A stretch of 64,000 nucleotides of DNA from Octopus sinensis (Eukaryota): contig NC_043008.1 of NCBI RefSeq assembly GCF_006345805.1, positions 48,980,001 to 49,044,000 on the forward strand, read 5' to 3'. Numbering within the stretch: the stretch's first letter is position 1; each line of letters begins with the position of its first letter. The notes under the pieces were generated by a model that worked only from the letters and a program-made list of their open reading frames with translations, searched no databases and was not told the origin of the DNA. Made by a program: the position numbers and the translations under genes. Below, in pieces: positions 36,156 through 48,593 of the stretch.

Positions 36156-38459
36156 TAAATCAATGATACGACCACAACTCTGTTCGATTGATGTATTTTC
36201 TCACACTCCTCGGCGCCTTACCATCAGAGGTATAAAATAAAGATTTCTGATTGAGGCAAAGGCCTGGTATTTTATTTTAGCAACACTGAAAGGATAAACG
36301 GCAAAGTCGACCTCGACAGCATTTGATCTCAGATCCTGCAGAGCCAAAACAAATGCCGTAAAGCATTTTGGCGATGCCCAAACCATTCTGCCAATCCATC
36401 GGTCTATTTGTTGCATATATGATAATGGGCCATTTCTTTGCATCCGTAGATCACGAGGAAGAGCGACACTCCATCGAGTGGTTTCGTAAACTGATCCTTG
36501 ATGCTTGCATAGCTTTACTTCCTGCCTACACTTAGTAGTTTTCAAGTGAGAATAACTCAATGCAATCAGACACCACACTTTAGTCTTTAGTCTTGGAGGC
36601 CTGATCAGAGTGACTCACTTGGCTAAGATGGCTGTGATAACCATCATGCTGCAGGTTTTAGATTAGAATGGTCTTCTCCTAGATAAGTGTTTCACAACCG
36701 GGGTTCATATGGCCCCTGAGATTTTTTTGGGGTCCAAACAACAAAGTAGTGAATTGGGGATCCACAATAGCATTTTAAGGGCCCCTGAAAAAATGTTGCT
36801 GTTGATGTATTAATTGGTTTTGTATTGCAAGAAACAGGTTTCTTTCTCTATCGTCTTAAATAGTTCAATCGACACAAAGAAGTATTTATAAAGCTGTTTT
36901 TTAAACATTGAATGGCTACAGGGGTCCACCAGAATAAAAAAGTAAGCAAAGGGGTCCACAGATAAAAAGAAAAGATGCTTAAGAACCCTTGTCCTAGACG
37001 AATTGCCTAACAGGTTTGGAGAGCGCCACCTACATGGGCGTTGCTGGAAGGGTGTCAAAGAGGGCAGCGGACTGTCTGAGGGAATCCATTCATTGAATTG
37101 CCGTCGAGGTTGTTTCCCCTAACCCTTTCCTTTCTCAAAGCAATCACAAGGAAGTGAGGGTTTCGTTCTTGGGGTTTCTTCCATAATATGCAAATTAACC
37201 CATGCAAATAACATGCAAATTAGCTGGGACCCTAAAAGGTGCTGCTACTCCACGTTAGAGTAGACCTGGGAACAACAGCGGCTAAGGGATGGTCCCACAT
37301 CCCTCAGAACCCTGGAGCTCACGAATCAGAACCCCATTATAGGATGTAGTTTGAAATCATACCCAGGACATAGCCGTAGATATAAAATAATTACAAAAAT
37401 AAGGTATTGTCAATAGTCGCTATCAGAGTTTTATGAATTAAATGTTTAAACAACATCAAACAATAATGATTTCAAAATTTTTGCCACACGGGTAGCTTGG
37501 GGATTGAGTCGATTACATCGACCCCAGTGCGTAACTGGTACTTATTTAATTGATCCTGAAAAGATGAAAGGCAAAGTCGACCTCGGCGGAATTTGAACTC
37601 AGAATGTAAAGTCGAACGAAATGTGGCTATGTATTGTTGCCCGGCGTGCTAACGATTCTGCCACCTCGCCTCAACAACAACAACAGCAGCAGCAACAACG
37701 ACGACAATAATAATGGTTTCAAATTTTGGTACAAGGCCAGCAATTTCGGGCGGGGAGAAGCTCAGTCGATTACATCAACCCCGGTGTTCAACTGGTCCTT
37801 ATTTTATCGATCCTGAAAGGATCAAAGGCAAAGTCAATCTAAGCGTCATTTGAACTCAGGACGTAAGGAGTCGGAAGAAATGCCTCTAAGTATTTTGGCC
37901 AACGTGCTAAAGATTCTGTCAGTTCAACGCCTTTTTTCTCTCAGATTTTGCCACAAGGCCAGCAATTTTGACGGGAGAGGTTAAATCGATTACACCGACC
38001 CCGAAAGAATGAAAAGCACAACTGACTCAGCTGGGTTTGAACTCACAAAGCAAAGAGGTATTTTCTCCAGAGCTCCAATGATTCTCCAAATCCCAATTCG
38101 AATAGCATTTGTCTCTTAATTTTAGTACAGTGGCATATTCTTTAAAAGTAATCCAATGGCCTTTCCTCAAATGTTCATGGCATGAGTCATGTAATCTACT
38201 TAGATTTTCCATGTGAAGCGGACTCAAAAATGGTTAGTAATGTAAAATGTATCACCGATAGAGAAAAACAAACAAACAAACAAACAAAAAAACAACTCCA
38301 AATGTTTAACATTATGAACTGATTGCAACCATTCGATAAAGGATGGTGATAGAGAAAAGCGTATCGATTAATGAAGGGAAATTGATTTTATATGATTTAA
38401 TACAAACTACATGAGTAGAACGCCATAGGTTATAATAAAGTAACTAGTGTGGGATTGGC

Positions 38460-38938
38460 CTACACACATACATACATACACATGCATACATACATACATA
38501 CACACATACATACATACATACATACATACATACATACATACATACATACATACATTCATACATACATACATTCATACATACATACATACATACATACATA
38601 CATACACACACACATACATACACACACACATACATACATACATGCATACATACATGCATGCATACATACATACATACATACATACATACATACATGCATG
38701 CATATGCTATATGTGTAGTATATATATATTGATAAAAATGGTAAGACAACAAAAAAATGAAAGAAACCTCGATATTATGTATACATATTACATTTACAAA
38801 TATATATATGCAGGGTGTCCCCAAAAAATGTATACACATAGTGGTTCGGCAAAAGAGAACGATAGAATAAGTACTAGGCTTACAAAGAATAACAAATTTA
38901 CAATTATTTAAGGTGTGTATACATTTTTTTGGGACACC

Positions 38939-38996
<58 letters not shown>

Positions 38997-39249
38997 TATA
39001 TATTATATACATAAACATATTATATATATAGATTTGTATGTATGTATATATACAAGTATATACATATATATATACATACATAAATGTATGTATGTGTGTG
39101 TATATATATATACACATATATGTGTGTGTGCGTGTGTGTATGTTTAGATGTATAAATGTATATATAGACATGTATATACACTCATATACGCATGTGTGCT
39201 GTGCATATATATATTTGTGTATACGTATATACATCTGTGTATGTATGTG

Positions 39250-39301
<52 letters not shown>

Positions 39302-39309
39302 AGTATATG

Positions 39310-39346
<37 letters not shown>

Positions 39347-39380
39347 ATACACACACACAAACACACACACACACACACAT
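38460..39380. repeat. (TACA)n, (TA)n and (TG)n compound tract
   Basis: Seen directly in the sequence. Confidence 0.92.
38811..38941. mobile_element. Tc1/mariner-type MITE
   Basis: About 28-bp TIR CAGGGTGTCCC(C)AAAAAATGTATACACA embedded in a (TA)n tract. Confidence 0.7.
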
Positions 39381-39758
39381 AGACGCCTATATTTTGTTGC
39401 CAAAAGGAAAGCATAGCCAAACCTCTTGAACTCCACTAAAAACAAAGACGATAATACAATTAAACCCTTTTTAAAATCTCCCCTTGAGCTGTGTTGTACT
39501 TACAAAACAGCATAAGAACAGCAACAGCAACAATAACAACATTAAATGCTATTAATTAATTGTACTAATTGCCATATTATCAGAAACGATGGAATTGTGA
39601 TAGCATAGTTCATTCCTTTGTTAAAAGAGAAATGAAGCCAAGACACTGTTGTCTCCCTTCGTCTGCAACAGAGAAGCAATTATTTATAAGGGAGGCAACT
39701 CTCGATATCGTATTAGGTGTTTTACACAGAAATTTTTTCCACCTCGATCTGTCCCAAA

Positions 39759-40444
39759 CAGTGGCGGCTCGTAGATAAAATTAGTCGGGGGTGCTGCTTC
39801 AGAAATTTTTTAGCCGTTGTTTTAATATTGAGTAAAAGGTAACAAACATATAAAAGGAATATTTATACATGAAGTCGATCGGTTCGCATTTTAGCCAGTT
39901 AGTGTGTTTAATTTCTTTACTGAACGCTGTCGCGAATTCCCCCTTCTTTTTCACCCCACTCCTAAATCATAAAATAAGGGGGCGGGGTCTGCCCTATTCT
40001 TCAAATCCTGGCAGCAACACTGAAGCTGGAAGTAGGATAATAATCTAATTCTACACTTTATTACATTCAAGAATATAAACATGTTTTTAAGCACAACACA
40101 TGAGGAGTCAAAAAGAAACACTACCGTTCACCTGACACTGCGTGAATGACAGTGCTGTCGCTCCCTAGTGTGAAGCTTCCTATCTCGGACATGGGAGCAT
40201 GCGCACAACAGCCAAAACTACGTGGCTGGAAGTGTGAAGCGCACAGTTCTATCCAAGGATCTTTATATTTTTTTCATTAACTAGGAGATGGCTACTGGCA
40301 TTAAGCTTAAGGATTATATAATGGAAAAGTATAAAGTAAGAATTAAAGGGAAAAAAGGACTCATTATATTGAATGTTATCGATAATATCGAGTGGAAATA
40401 GGGGGAGCTGCAGTTCCGCACTGTCTATAAACGAGCCGCCACAG
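39759..40444. mobile_element. hAT-type non-autonomous DNA transposon
   Basis: TIR C(A/T)GTGGCGGCTCGT and an exact 8-bp TSD GTCCCAAA (39751-39758, 40445-40452). Confidence 0.8.
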
Positions 40445-40645
40445 GTCCCAAAACATGAAGAATTAAAAATTAATCACAGAAAAATTGTAAACTGTTTGAA
40501 TGGAGTCGCACAATTGAAGACTTACAACGTTTCTCCAGATTTTCTATGAAAAGAACGCAATTTCTCTCAGATTACTTTAATCAGAAACATCTTTTACATT
40601 TCTTTATTGGCTCAGAAATGACCTTACCATTGTGACATTAGAGAG

Positions 40646-40690
<45 letters not shown>

Positions 40691-40759
40691 ATGGAGGGGG
40701 GAGAGAGAGAGCTAAGATGCTAAACCTATGCGTGCTCCGCGGATGTTAACAAAGCTAAA

Positions 40760-41010
40760 GATCAGCGAAAAAGAGAATACCTACGCTGAACTATTGAGGA
40801 TCCAGATTACATGTTCAGGTTTATACCAGTAATTATTGGGGTCATGGGATACGTAAAACACTGTCTAAATACCAATCCAGGGAAATTATGTTTCTCAAAA
40901 GACAGAAAGAAGAAAGCTGATTCGAAGACTACGGATCCAATCCATCACAGGAACAGTAAAAAATCGTACTTTCCAGAAGTTTATCATTTAAATATATATG
41001 AGCATGTTTA
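40760..41010 (+). mobile_element. Decayed RLE-type non-LTR retrotransposon C-terminal fragment
   Basis: KENTYAELL...FRFIPVIIGVMGY...LIRRLRIQSITGTVK remnants with frameshifts. Confidence 0.55.
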
Positions 41011-41201
41011 GACCCCCAACTATATGCATGGGAATATAGATATATAAAACAAAACATAGAAATCTCTCATACATTTACTCCAAATACTGCACACATAAAT
41101 ATATACATGCACGAATACCTTGTTGGTGTTGTTGAAATTCCAATGAAAGGACCTTGCATCTAGGTTAGAACCCAACTCTTTCTTTATTGGCAAGAAATCT
41201 T

Positions 41202-41389
41202 AGGGCGGCGAGCTGGCAGAATCGTTATCGCACTCTGTCCGAAATGCTTAGCGGTATTTCGTCTGCCGTTTTCAGGGTCAATTAAATAAGTACCAGTTAC
41301 GCACTGGGGTCGTTGTAATCGACTTAATCCCTTTGACTGTCCTTGTTTGTCCTCTCTGTGTTTAACCCCTTTTGGGCAATAAAGGAATA
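41202..41389 (+). mobile_element. SINE family A (tRNA-like head GGCGAGCTGGCAG..GAGTTCAAATTCC), example with TSD
   Basis: 10-bp TSD AAGAAATCTT. About 20 further copies or fragments, e.g. 105-450, 14310-14520, 21120-21730, 27710-27990, 28850-29060, 33255-33450, 37500-38050, 50950-51570, 54828-55050, 58190-58400. Confidence 0.85.
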
Positions 41390-41704
41390 AAGAAATCTTG
41401 AAATAATGCTGAATTGTATCACACACACACACACACGCACCCATGCACGCACACAAACACACACAATACACATATACACACGCGCATTTATGAATTAATT
41501 ATCACAATGTCATGTAACTCGATTTGAGACAAATTCTCAGTTCCAAATTTAATAAGAAAAGAACCTGTATGCTCTCTTTAACATATATTGAGCACTCTCC
41601 TCTCATTCGCCCTCAATAAACCTATGCATGTATGTATGTATGTATGTATGTATGTATGTATGTATGTATGTATGTATGTATGTATGTATGTATGTATGTA
41701 TGTA

Positions 41705-41767
<63 letters not shown>

Positions 41768-42204
41768 AGCGATATGGGACACAACATATAGCACAAACAC
41801 GTATGTAAACTGGTCGGCCTCGTCACAACCCACGCAATGTCACTGGACACCACAGAGCAAAACGTAAGCTCAAAAGGGCGAACAACACCTGGCGTAGAAC
41901 ATTCAAAGTCGGACAGAAACGAAGACTCAGAGTTGCTAATGATCAATCAAAAAATGGTGTCAGATTGTCACAGCTATATTTTCCGGTTTGCGAGGAAAAG
42001 ATTAAATGGAAAAGAAACAAAAAGAACATTTTCAGACCGATTGGCGACCTTTCATGTATTTGTATATTACGATTAACGCCCCGATGTCTGACGTCACACA
42101 TTTACCAGCATTGATGGGAATAGCGGTCAGGGAAGGCTTGTGCACAGATGTTAGCGTCAGTAAGGTCATATCTTAAATAAACGTGTATATTTAAGCACAT
42201 GGGA

Positions 42205-42395
42205 ATTGTTGGCGACTTTTTTTTTTTTCGTCCGTCTTCCTTTTCTAGTGGACTGTTCTCTTGTCTCCTGTTTCTGAAGAAGAGCTTTGCTCGAAACGTT
42301 AAACCATCTGTCTTTCCTCCCCTGAGCGTCTGATAATGCTTTACATGTACCACATCCACGTGTTGTTGTTTTCTTGTGTTTGTTTCGTTTTTTTG
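42205..42395 (+). mobile_element. Penelope-like terminal repeat fragment carrying a hammerhead, copy 1
   Basis: Homologous over about 190 nt to 42875-43065 in inverted orientation. Confidence 0.5.
42270..42304 (+). ncRNA. Minimal type-I hammerhead ribozyme motif (Penelope-associated type)
   Basis: GUUU-CUGAAGA-A-GAGC/uuu/GCUC-GAAAC-GUU-AAAC: catalytic core, 4-bp stem II, 4-bp stem I, palindromic ACGU stem III. Confidence 0.6.
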
Positions 42396-42425
42396 AAGTG
42401 GGGGGGGATTTACTATATATATACG

Positions 42426-42464
<39 letters not shown>

Positions 42465-42482
42465 ATTATTATTATTATTATC

Positions 42483-42513
<31 letters not shown>

Positions 42514-42569
42514 TTTTGTACTTGTTTCAGTCATTTGACTGCGGCCATGCTGGAGCCCCGCCTTTAGAG

Positions 42570-42735
42570 TGGTGAAGAGTACATCAGGGATCACCACCAT
42601 CCTGCCGGAGCCTCGTGGAGCTTTTAGGTGTTTTCGCTCAATAAACACACACAACGCCCGGTCTGGGAATCGAAACCACCGCGATCCTCCGACCGCAAGT
42701 CCGCTGCCCTAACCACTGGGCCATTGCGCCTCCAT
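42570..42735 (-). mobile_element. tRNA-derived SINE head (GGAGGCGCAATGGCCCAGTGGTTAGGGC...)
   Basis: A-box TGGCCCAGTGG and B-box GTTTCGATTCC followed by a non-tRNA body; not a tRNA gene. Confidence 0.7.
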
Positions 42736-42748
42736 ATATATATAGTAT

Positions 42749-42780
<32 letters not shown>

Positions 42781-42796
42781 AATATATTCATATATA

Positions 42797-42845
<49 letters not shown>

Positions 42846-42874
42846 ATATATATATATATAAAGTTAATCAAACA

Positions 42875-43065
42875 TGAAAACACAACAACGCGAGGACGTG
42901 GAACAAATATAGTATTATTGGACGTTCAGGAAGGAAGGGAAGAAAGAGGATTTAACGTTTCGAGCGGAGCTCTTCGTCAGAAACATAGGAAAAGGAAAGA
43001 TCCAGAGAAAGGAAGATCGAGGAAAAAAATCGCCAACGGTACACACGCGGTAGCCACACAGGGCT
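42875..43065 (-). mobile_element. Penelope-like terminal repeat fragment carrying a hammerhead, copy 2
   Basis: The reverse complement aligns with 42205-42395. Confidence 0.5.
42950..42984 (-). ncRNA. Second minimal hammerhead ribozyme motif, opposite strand
   Basis: GUUU-CUGACGA-A-GAGC/ucc/GCUC-GAAAC-GUU-AAAU; differs from copy 1 only at N7, loop II and one G-U-compatible position. Confidence 0.62.
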
Positions 43066-43089
43066 GCACACAGACGGGACAGATTACAA

Positions 43090-44140
43090 AATAGAGCTTT
43101 TCTTTTTGGGAAGAAAAGAAAACAAAAAGTGGAGTATGTTTTCGATCAAAAAGGATCATAAAAGGCGGGGAAAAGCGATCAATAGGGATCGTGTATCACA
43201 GAAATGTCATGATGTAAAGTGTAAAGGGGGGAAGCAGATAAGGTGGAAAGAAAAGCATACGGAAAAGACTACGGTAACATCGGTCAATACTGTCACATGT
43301 TAACATAATTTTTTGCAAGTAAGTAACCCTCTGTTTTAAATTTTTCCGGGTTCATAGGATTAAGCTCAAGGTGGCTCCGTCATTCCCACGTGCCATCCTT
43401 GCTACATTCACCCATCTTTTTTTGAAACATTCGCTACACAAAACTTGCCTCTCTACTCTCACTTTCCTTTTCAAGTGATACTTGAAGAAGTTGATAAGAG
43501 ATTGACCAGAGAGGAAAGTGTTTGTCTCCAATCCTTTCAGACGCGTCCACCAGATACATTCTTTCGCCATAGCCACAAGTATGATGAAAATAGCTCTTCC
43601 TTCTCGTTTGAAGGAAGGAGGTCGTGACAATATTGACAATAGACTCGGCTGATAACCGACTCGTCCCACACGTGACAGCAGTCGTTCGACATAAGCCCAC
43701 AGGTCGGAAATTGTTGAACACTGCACGAGTGCGTGCAGAACGGTTTCGTCGCTCTGACCGCATCTCGGGCAGGTCGGCCCCGTGTTTCTCGAGCCGTGTC
43801 TGTAAAGCTTATCCCGAACGGGTAGTGCTTCTCGGTAGCACTGCCAGGCCAGGGATCTCTGGAAGTTGTCCATGGGCCCTGGCCCGAAAGTCGTCCTGAA
43901 CAGGCGGGTCAGGTATTCCTCGTCGACGTCCAGGTTCGCCCCGAGCTCGTCGTCGTACCTCCCCTCCATTAATCCCCTATAGAATGCTTTCGTGGTGATG
44001 CAGTCGTTCAAGTTCGACCCAGGACAGCAAATTTGCTGGAGAGCAACGCGACACTCGCGGTGCCATTCGCCCTTCCTCGGCCTCTTTTTGATCCACGACT
44101 GCAGTTCGGTCATGGAGACGAGCGTGCCTCAAAAACGGTC
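43090..44140 (-). mobile_element. Tx1/L1-clade non-LTR retrotransposon 3' fragment (ORF2 C-terminus with CCHC zinc finger, plus 3' UTR)
   Basis: 253-aa ORF with CPRC..DETVLHALVQC (zf-RVT type); GC/CpG-rich relative to the flanks. Confidence 0.85.
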
Positions 44141-44848
44141 ACTGCAATAAATAAATAAATAAATAATAAAATAAAACCTGTTGATGTTGTTGAAACTCCA
44201 GTGGTCTAGGTTCGAAACCGGCTCTTTCTTTATTGGCAAAGAATCTTGAAATAAAGCTGAATAGTCACACACACACACACAAATCTACACACGCACATTT
44301 TGAATTGATTATGGCAATGTCATGCACCTCGAGTTATGAGTCAAATTCTCAGCTTCAAATTTAGTAACAAAAAAAAGCAGGTATATCCTCTTTAACATAT
44401 ATTGAACACTCTCCTCTCATACGCCCTAAATAAACCTATGTACGTGTGTTTGTGTGCCTGTATGCATACGAGTGTATATATATCTTTCTCCTTTATATAT
44501 ATATGTGTGTGCGTGCGCGCGCGCGTGTGTGTGTGTTTGTGTGTCTGTTCCCCCAACATCGCTTGACAACCGATGCTGGTGTGTTTACGTCCCCCGTAAT
44601 CTAACAGTTCAGCAAAAAGAGACCGATAGAATAAGTACCAGGCTTACAAAGTTCTGGGGGTCGATTTGCTCGACTAAAGGCGGTGCTCCAGCACGGCCAC
44701 AGTCAAATGACTGAAACAAGTAAAAGAGTCAAAGAGTATATATACATATACATACATACATATATATATATATATATTATATATATATACACACACGTGT
44801 TTGTGTATTTCTATTTGTATGTGAGTGTGTGTATGTATATATATATAC

Positions 44849-44898
<50 letters not shown>

Positions 44899-44957
44899 GT
44901 ATATATATATACAATATATATATATTATATATATATACTATATATATATATAATATA

Positions 44958-44988
<31 letters not shown>

Positions 44989-45029
44989 ACTATATACCTA
45001 TATACATATATATACCTATATACATATAT

Positions 45030-45072
<43 letters not shown>

Positions 45073-45332
45073 TGTGTGTATGTGTGTGTGTGTGTTTGTG
45101 CGTGCGTGTAAACATTGCCTTGATAACGAATCTATTTAAAATAATATAAACAAACAAACAAGCTCTCAACCAACAAAAATAAATAATAAATAGAATAAAT
45201 ACGAAACTAAACGTCGTATAATATAATATATATTTTTCCTTCATTATCAAAACAAACTAAAACAGACCCAACAACAACAACAACAGCAACCAGAAGCAAA
45301 GCTATCTCTTTTCGTTTCGTACAATATCGGCA

Positions 45333-45997
45333 ATGACTGTCTGTGGGTTTGGTAAGTACTTCGCTTCCTCGCCTCCTTCTTTTGCACATTTATTAGATTT
45401 ATATCCATTTGTCGTATGTATTATATTCATGTATTCATTCTGCACAGGTCCTACATGGATGTGGGGGCAATCATTCGACGCTTGCTTGGTATTTCTTTGC
45501 TTAATTTCATTAATTAGTCAGTTCATGTTAATTATTTACAACTTGGTTGTGGCTGTTGTTTAGCCACAGGTCAGTCTCCGATCGAGAACACCCAGCTATG
45601 ATCAAGCGTTATTTACGACCGTGGCCACCCTGTTTTTTTTTTTTCACTTAATTATAGCCTAATTAAATAATTACGTTAATGAATATTACCTTCCTTGAAG
45701 GTAGGGGACTACTTTATCTGAAATTTCCTTTCGGTTTAAGAAACAAAACAAAAACAAATCTAGCAGGGTGGTATTATTTGAGGAGGATTTGGCTGCTATG
45801 TCTAGCCTCTCTGATGACCGGGTATAGCATTCTTTGTTGCTTGTTGGCTACACCTATTGTTTCTGTTCTTTGTTTCTCAGCCATTGGGACTCAAAGCGAA
45901 AGATCGCCATATATCTATCTATCTATCATCTCTCTCTCTCTCTCACTCTCTCTCTCTCTCTCTCTCTCACTCTCTCTCTCTCTCTCTCTCTCTCAGC

Positions 45998-46039
<42 letters not shown>

Positions 46040-46106
46040 CGCACAGACTCTACCTACCTATCTATCTATCTATCTCTCTCTCTCTCCTCTCACTCTCTCT
46101 CTCTCA

Positions 46107-46147
<41 letters not shown>

Positions 46148-46170
46148 ACGCACAGACTCTACCTACCTAC

Positions 46171-46223
<53 letters not shown>

Positions 46224-46253
46224 ATCTATCATCTATCTATCTATCTATCTATC

Positions 46254-46295
<42 letters not shown>

Positions 46296-47276
46296 ATATC
46301 TCTATATATATATATAACGCACAGACTCTATCTATCTATATATATTATTCTTGAAGAAAAATTTATACTTTTTAGAAGTATAGAGTCAGGCGTCATCTTA
46401 ATGTAACAATGTTTTTACTATCACTGAACACATAAACAAACACTCCCACACATCTATGTGTGTGTATTATGGCTGTCTGCTCGTGTCTGAGGAAGATCTT
46501 TTTTATTCACGTATACACAGAGCAATGAATTAGAAATACTTGTACGTACACACGTGTATGTGTGTGTGTTCTAAACGCATCTGTATATCTGTGTTATGGC
46601 AAAGGAAATTGTGCGAGCAAGGACAAAAGAATACTCGATACGAGATGTAGAGCTACAGATATACTTTATTATTGACTAGAATTATATTTTACCGACACCA
46701 GGAAATATAGAAGGCAAAGCGGACCCCAGCGGGATTTGAACTCGTGTTTTCAGCTCACAATAAACCATAAATCGCCTCAATTATATATGTTTCTTTATTA
46801 CCCACAAGGGGCTAAACATAGAGGGGACAAACAAGGACAAACAAACGAATTAAGTCGATTACATCGACCCCAGTACGTAACTGGTACTTAATTTATCGCC
46901 TCAATTATATAGCATCAAGTATTTCTTTGTTTTTTCCTCTTGTTTACACTCATACACACATGTGTGTGTATACGGATATGTGTATATTTTCACGTATAAT
47001 CCAGTGCTAAGCTAGTATGCATTATATTTGTATATAAAGTCCGTATATAATCTCCTTTGTTTGTAAACATGAATTAGTCGTTTTCCATGTCCAGGAAATA
47101 TGGAATCTCGAAAGACGGATATTCCAAAAGCTCTGCCAATTATTCTTTAAATATGCCCATGTACGTGTGTCTGTGTGTCCCAATGTTTATATATCATTGT
47201 TTCGTTAACAGTATTTTATGCTATCATCTAACCACTGCAATGTGCGCGTGTATATATATATATACACACACACACA

Positions 47277-47318
<42 letters not shown>

Positions 47319-47902
47319 CAAAGTAAGTTAGGGGTTATGGGTGCAACCCACTAAGGGATAGTATTTATCCAGTATACTGTTGGTAAAGTACTCAGATTCT
47401 TAATACATAAATGTTTTTAATTGCAATGCAATTAACTCATTTATTGTATTAAATGGGTGAAGGTAAAGAAATATTTTTACGATAAATTTATAAAACAAAT
47501 AAGAAAATGGAGAAACAAATTTAGTTTGTTCATCAACTTTCGGATATTAGAATGTTAGATTATTTATTTATTTAACAAAATGAGAACCTTGATAGCATAT
47601 ATATATATATACACACATATTTATATATATATAAACACACATCTATATGCGTGTGTATTATGGCTGTCTGCTCGTGTCTGAGGAAGATCATTATATATAT
47701 ATTTAAGAAACAAAACAAAAACAAAACTAGCAGGGTGGTATTATTTGAGCAAGATTTGGCTGCTATATCTAGCCTCTCTGATGACCGGGTATAGCATTCC
47801 TTGTTGGCTAGACCTATTGTTTCTGTTCTTTGTTTCTCAGATATATATATATATATATGGCGATCTATATATTATATATAAACGCACAGCATATATATAT
47901 GC

Positions 47903-47956
<54 letters not shown>

Positions 47957-48549
47957 GCACAGCATATATATGTGTGTGTGTATATATATATATATACACA
48001 CTCTGTAGTACACACACCAGCAGTGTTTACGTTATTATAATAATCAATTTCATAAATTGAACCAGCTTAGTATAATGTATTGTAATATTCAGTGGTTGGT
48101 CATTGTTGATGTCCATCACAATGATGATGATGATGATGGTGGTGATTGCTTTGTGGACTGCATCACGGTTTGTGCAGAGGCATCGATACGCAAATGTTTA
48201 CGTCGTGGCAATCATGCCTTTCCCTGAAAGCTGTTTTTTTTTTCTTTTATTTATTTTGCTTTTTGTTTTAATGTAATGTTTATGAATAATATCGAATATC
48301 GATAGAAATTGATTCTGGTAATGTGAGGGGGATTTAAAAGAGTGATATAGTGATTGATTTTTAATTAACTAAACCGTCAGAAATGGGTTAGTTAATTAAA
48401 ATTTGCTAGAGCGTGTTTTAATGACGAAATTATCAAAACAAAGAGGAAAATGTCAACAGCTTATAGGCACCTTATCTCTGCCTCACACATATATACATAC
48501 ATATATATATATATATATATACACTCTATCTGATGTATATGCATATATA

Positions 48550-48593
<44 letters not shown>

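Noticed and set aside
38444-39445. Many 60-250-aa low-complexity ORFs (YIYI, THTH, CVCV, poly-D/M/I) here and across the window
   Set aside because: These are translations of microsatellites.
42570-42735. tRNA gene
   Set aside because: It has A and B boxes but no acceptor stem, and continues into a SINE body.
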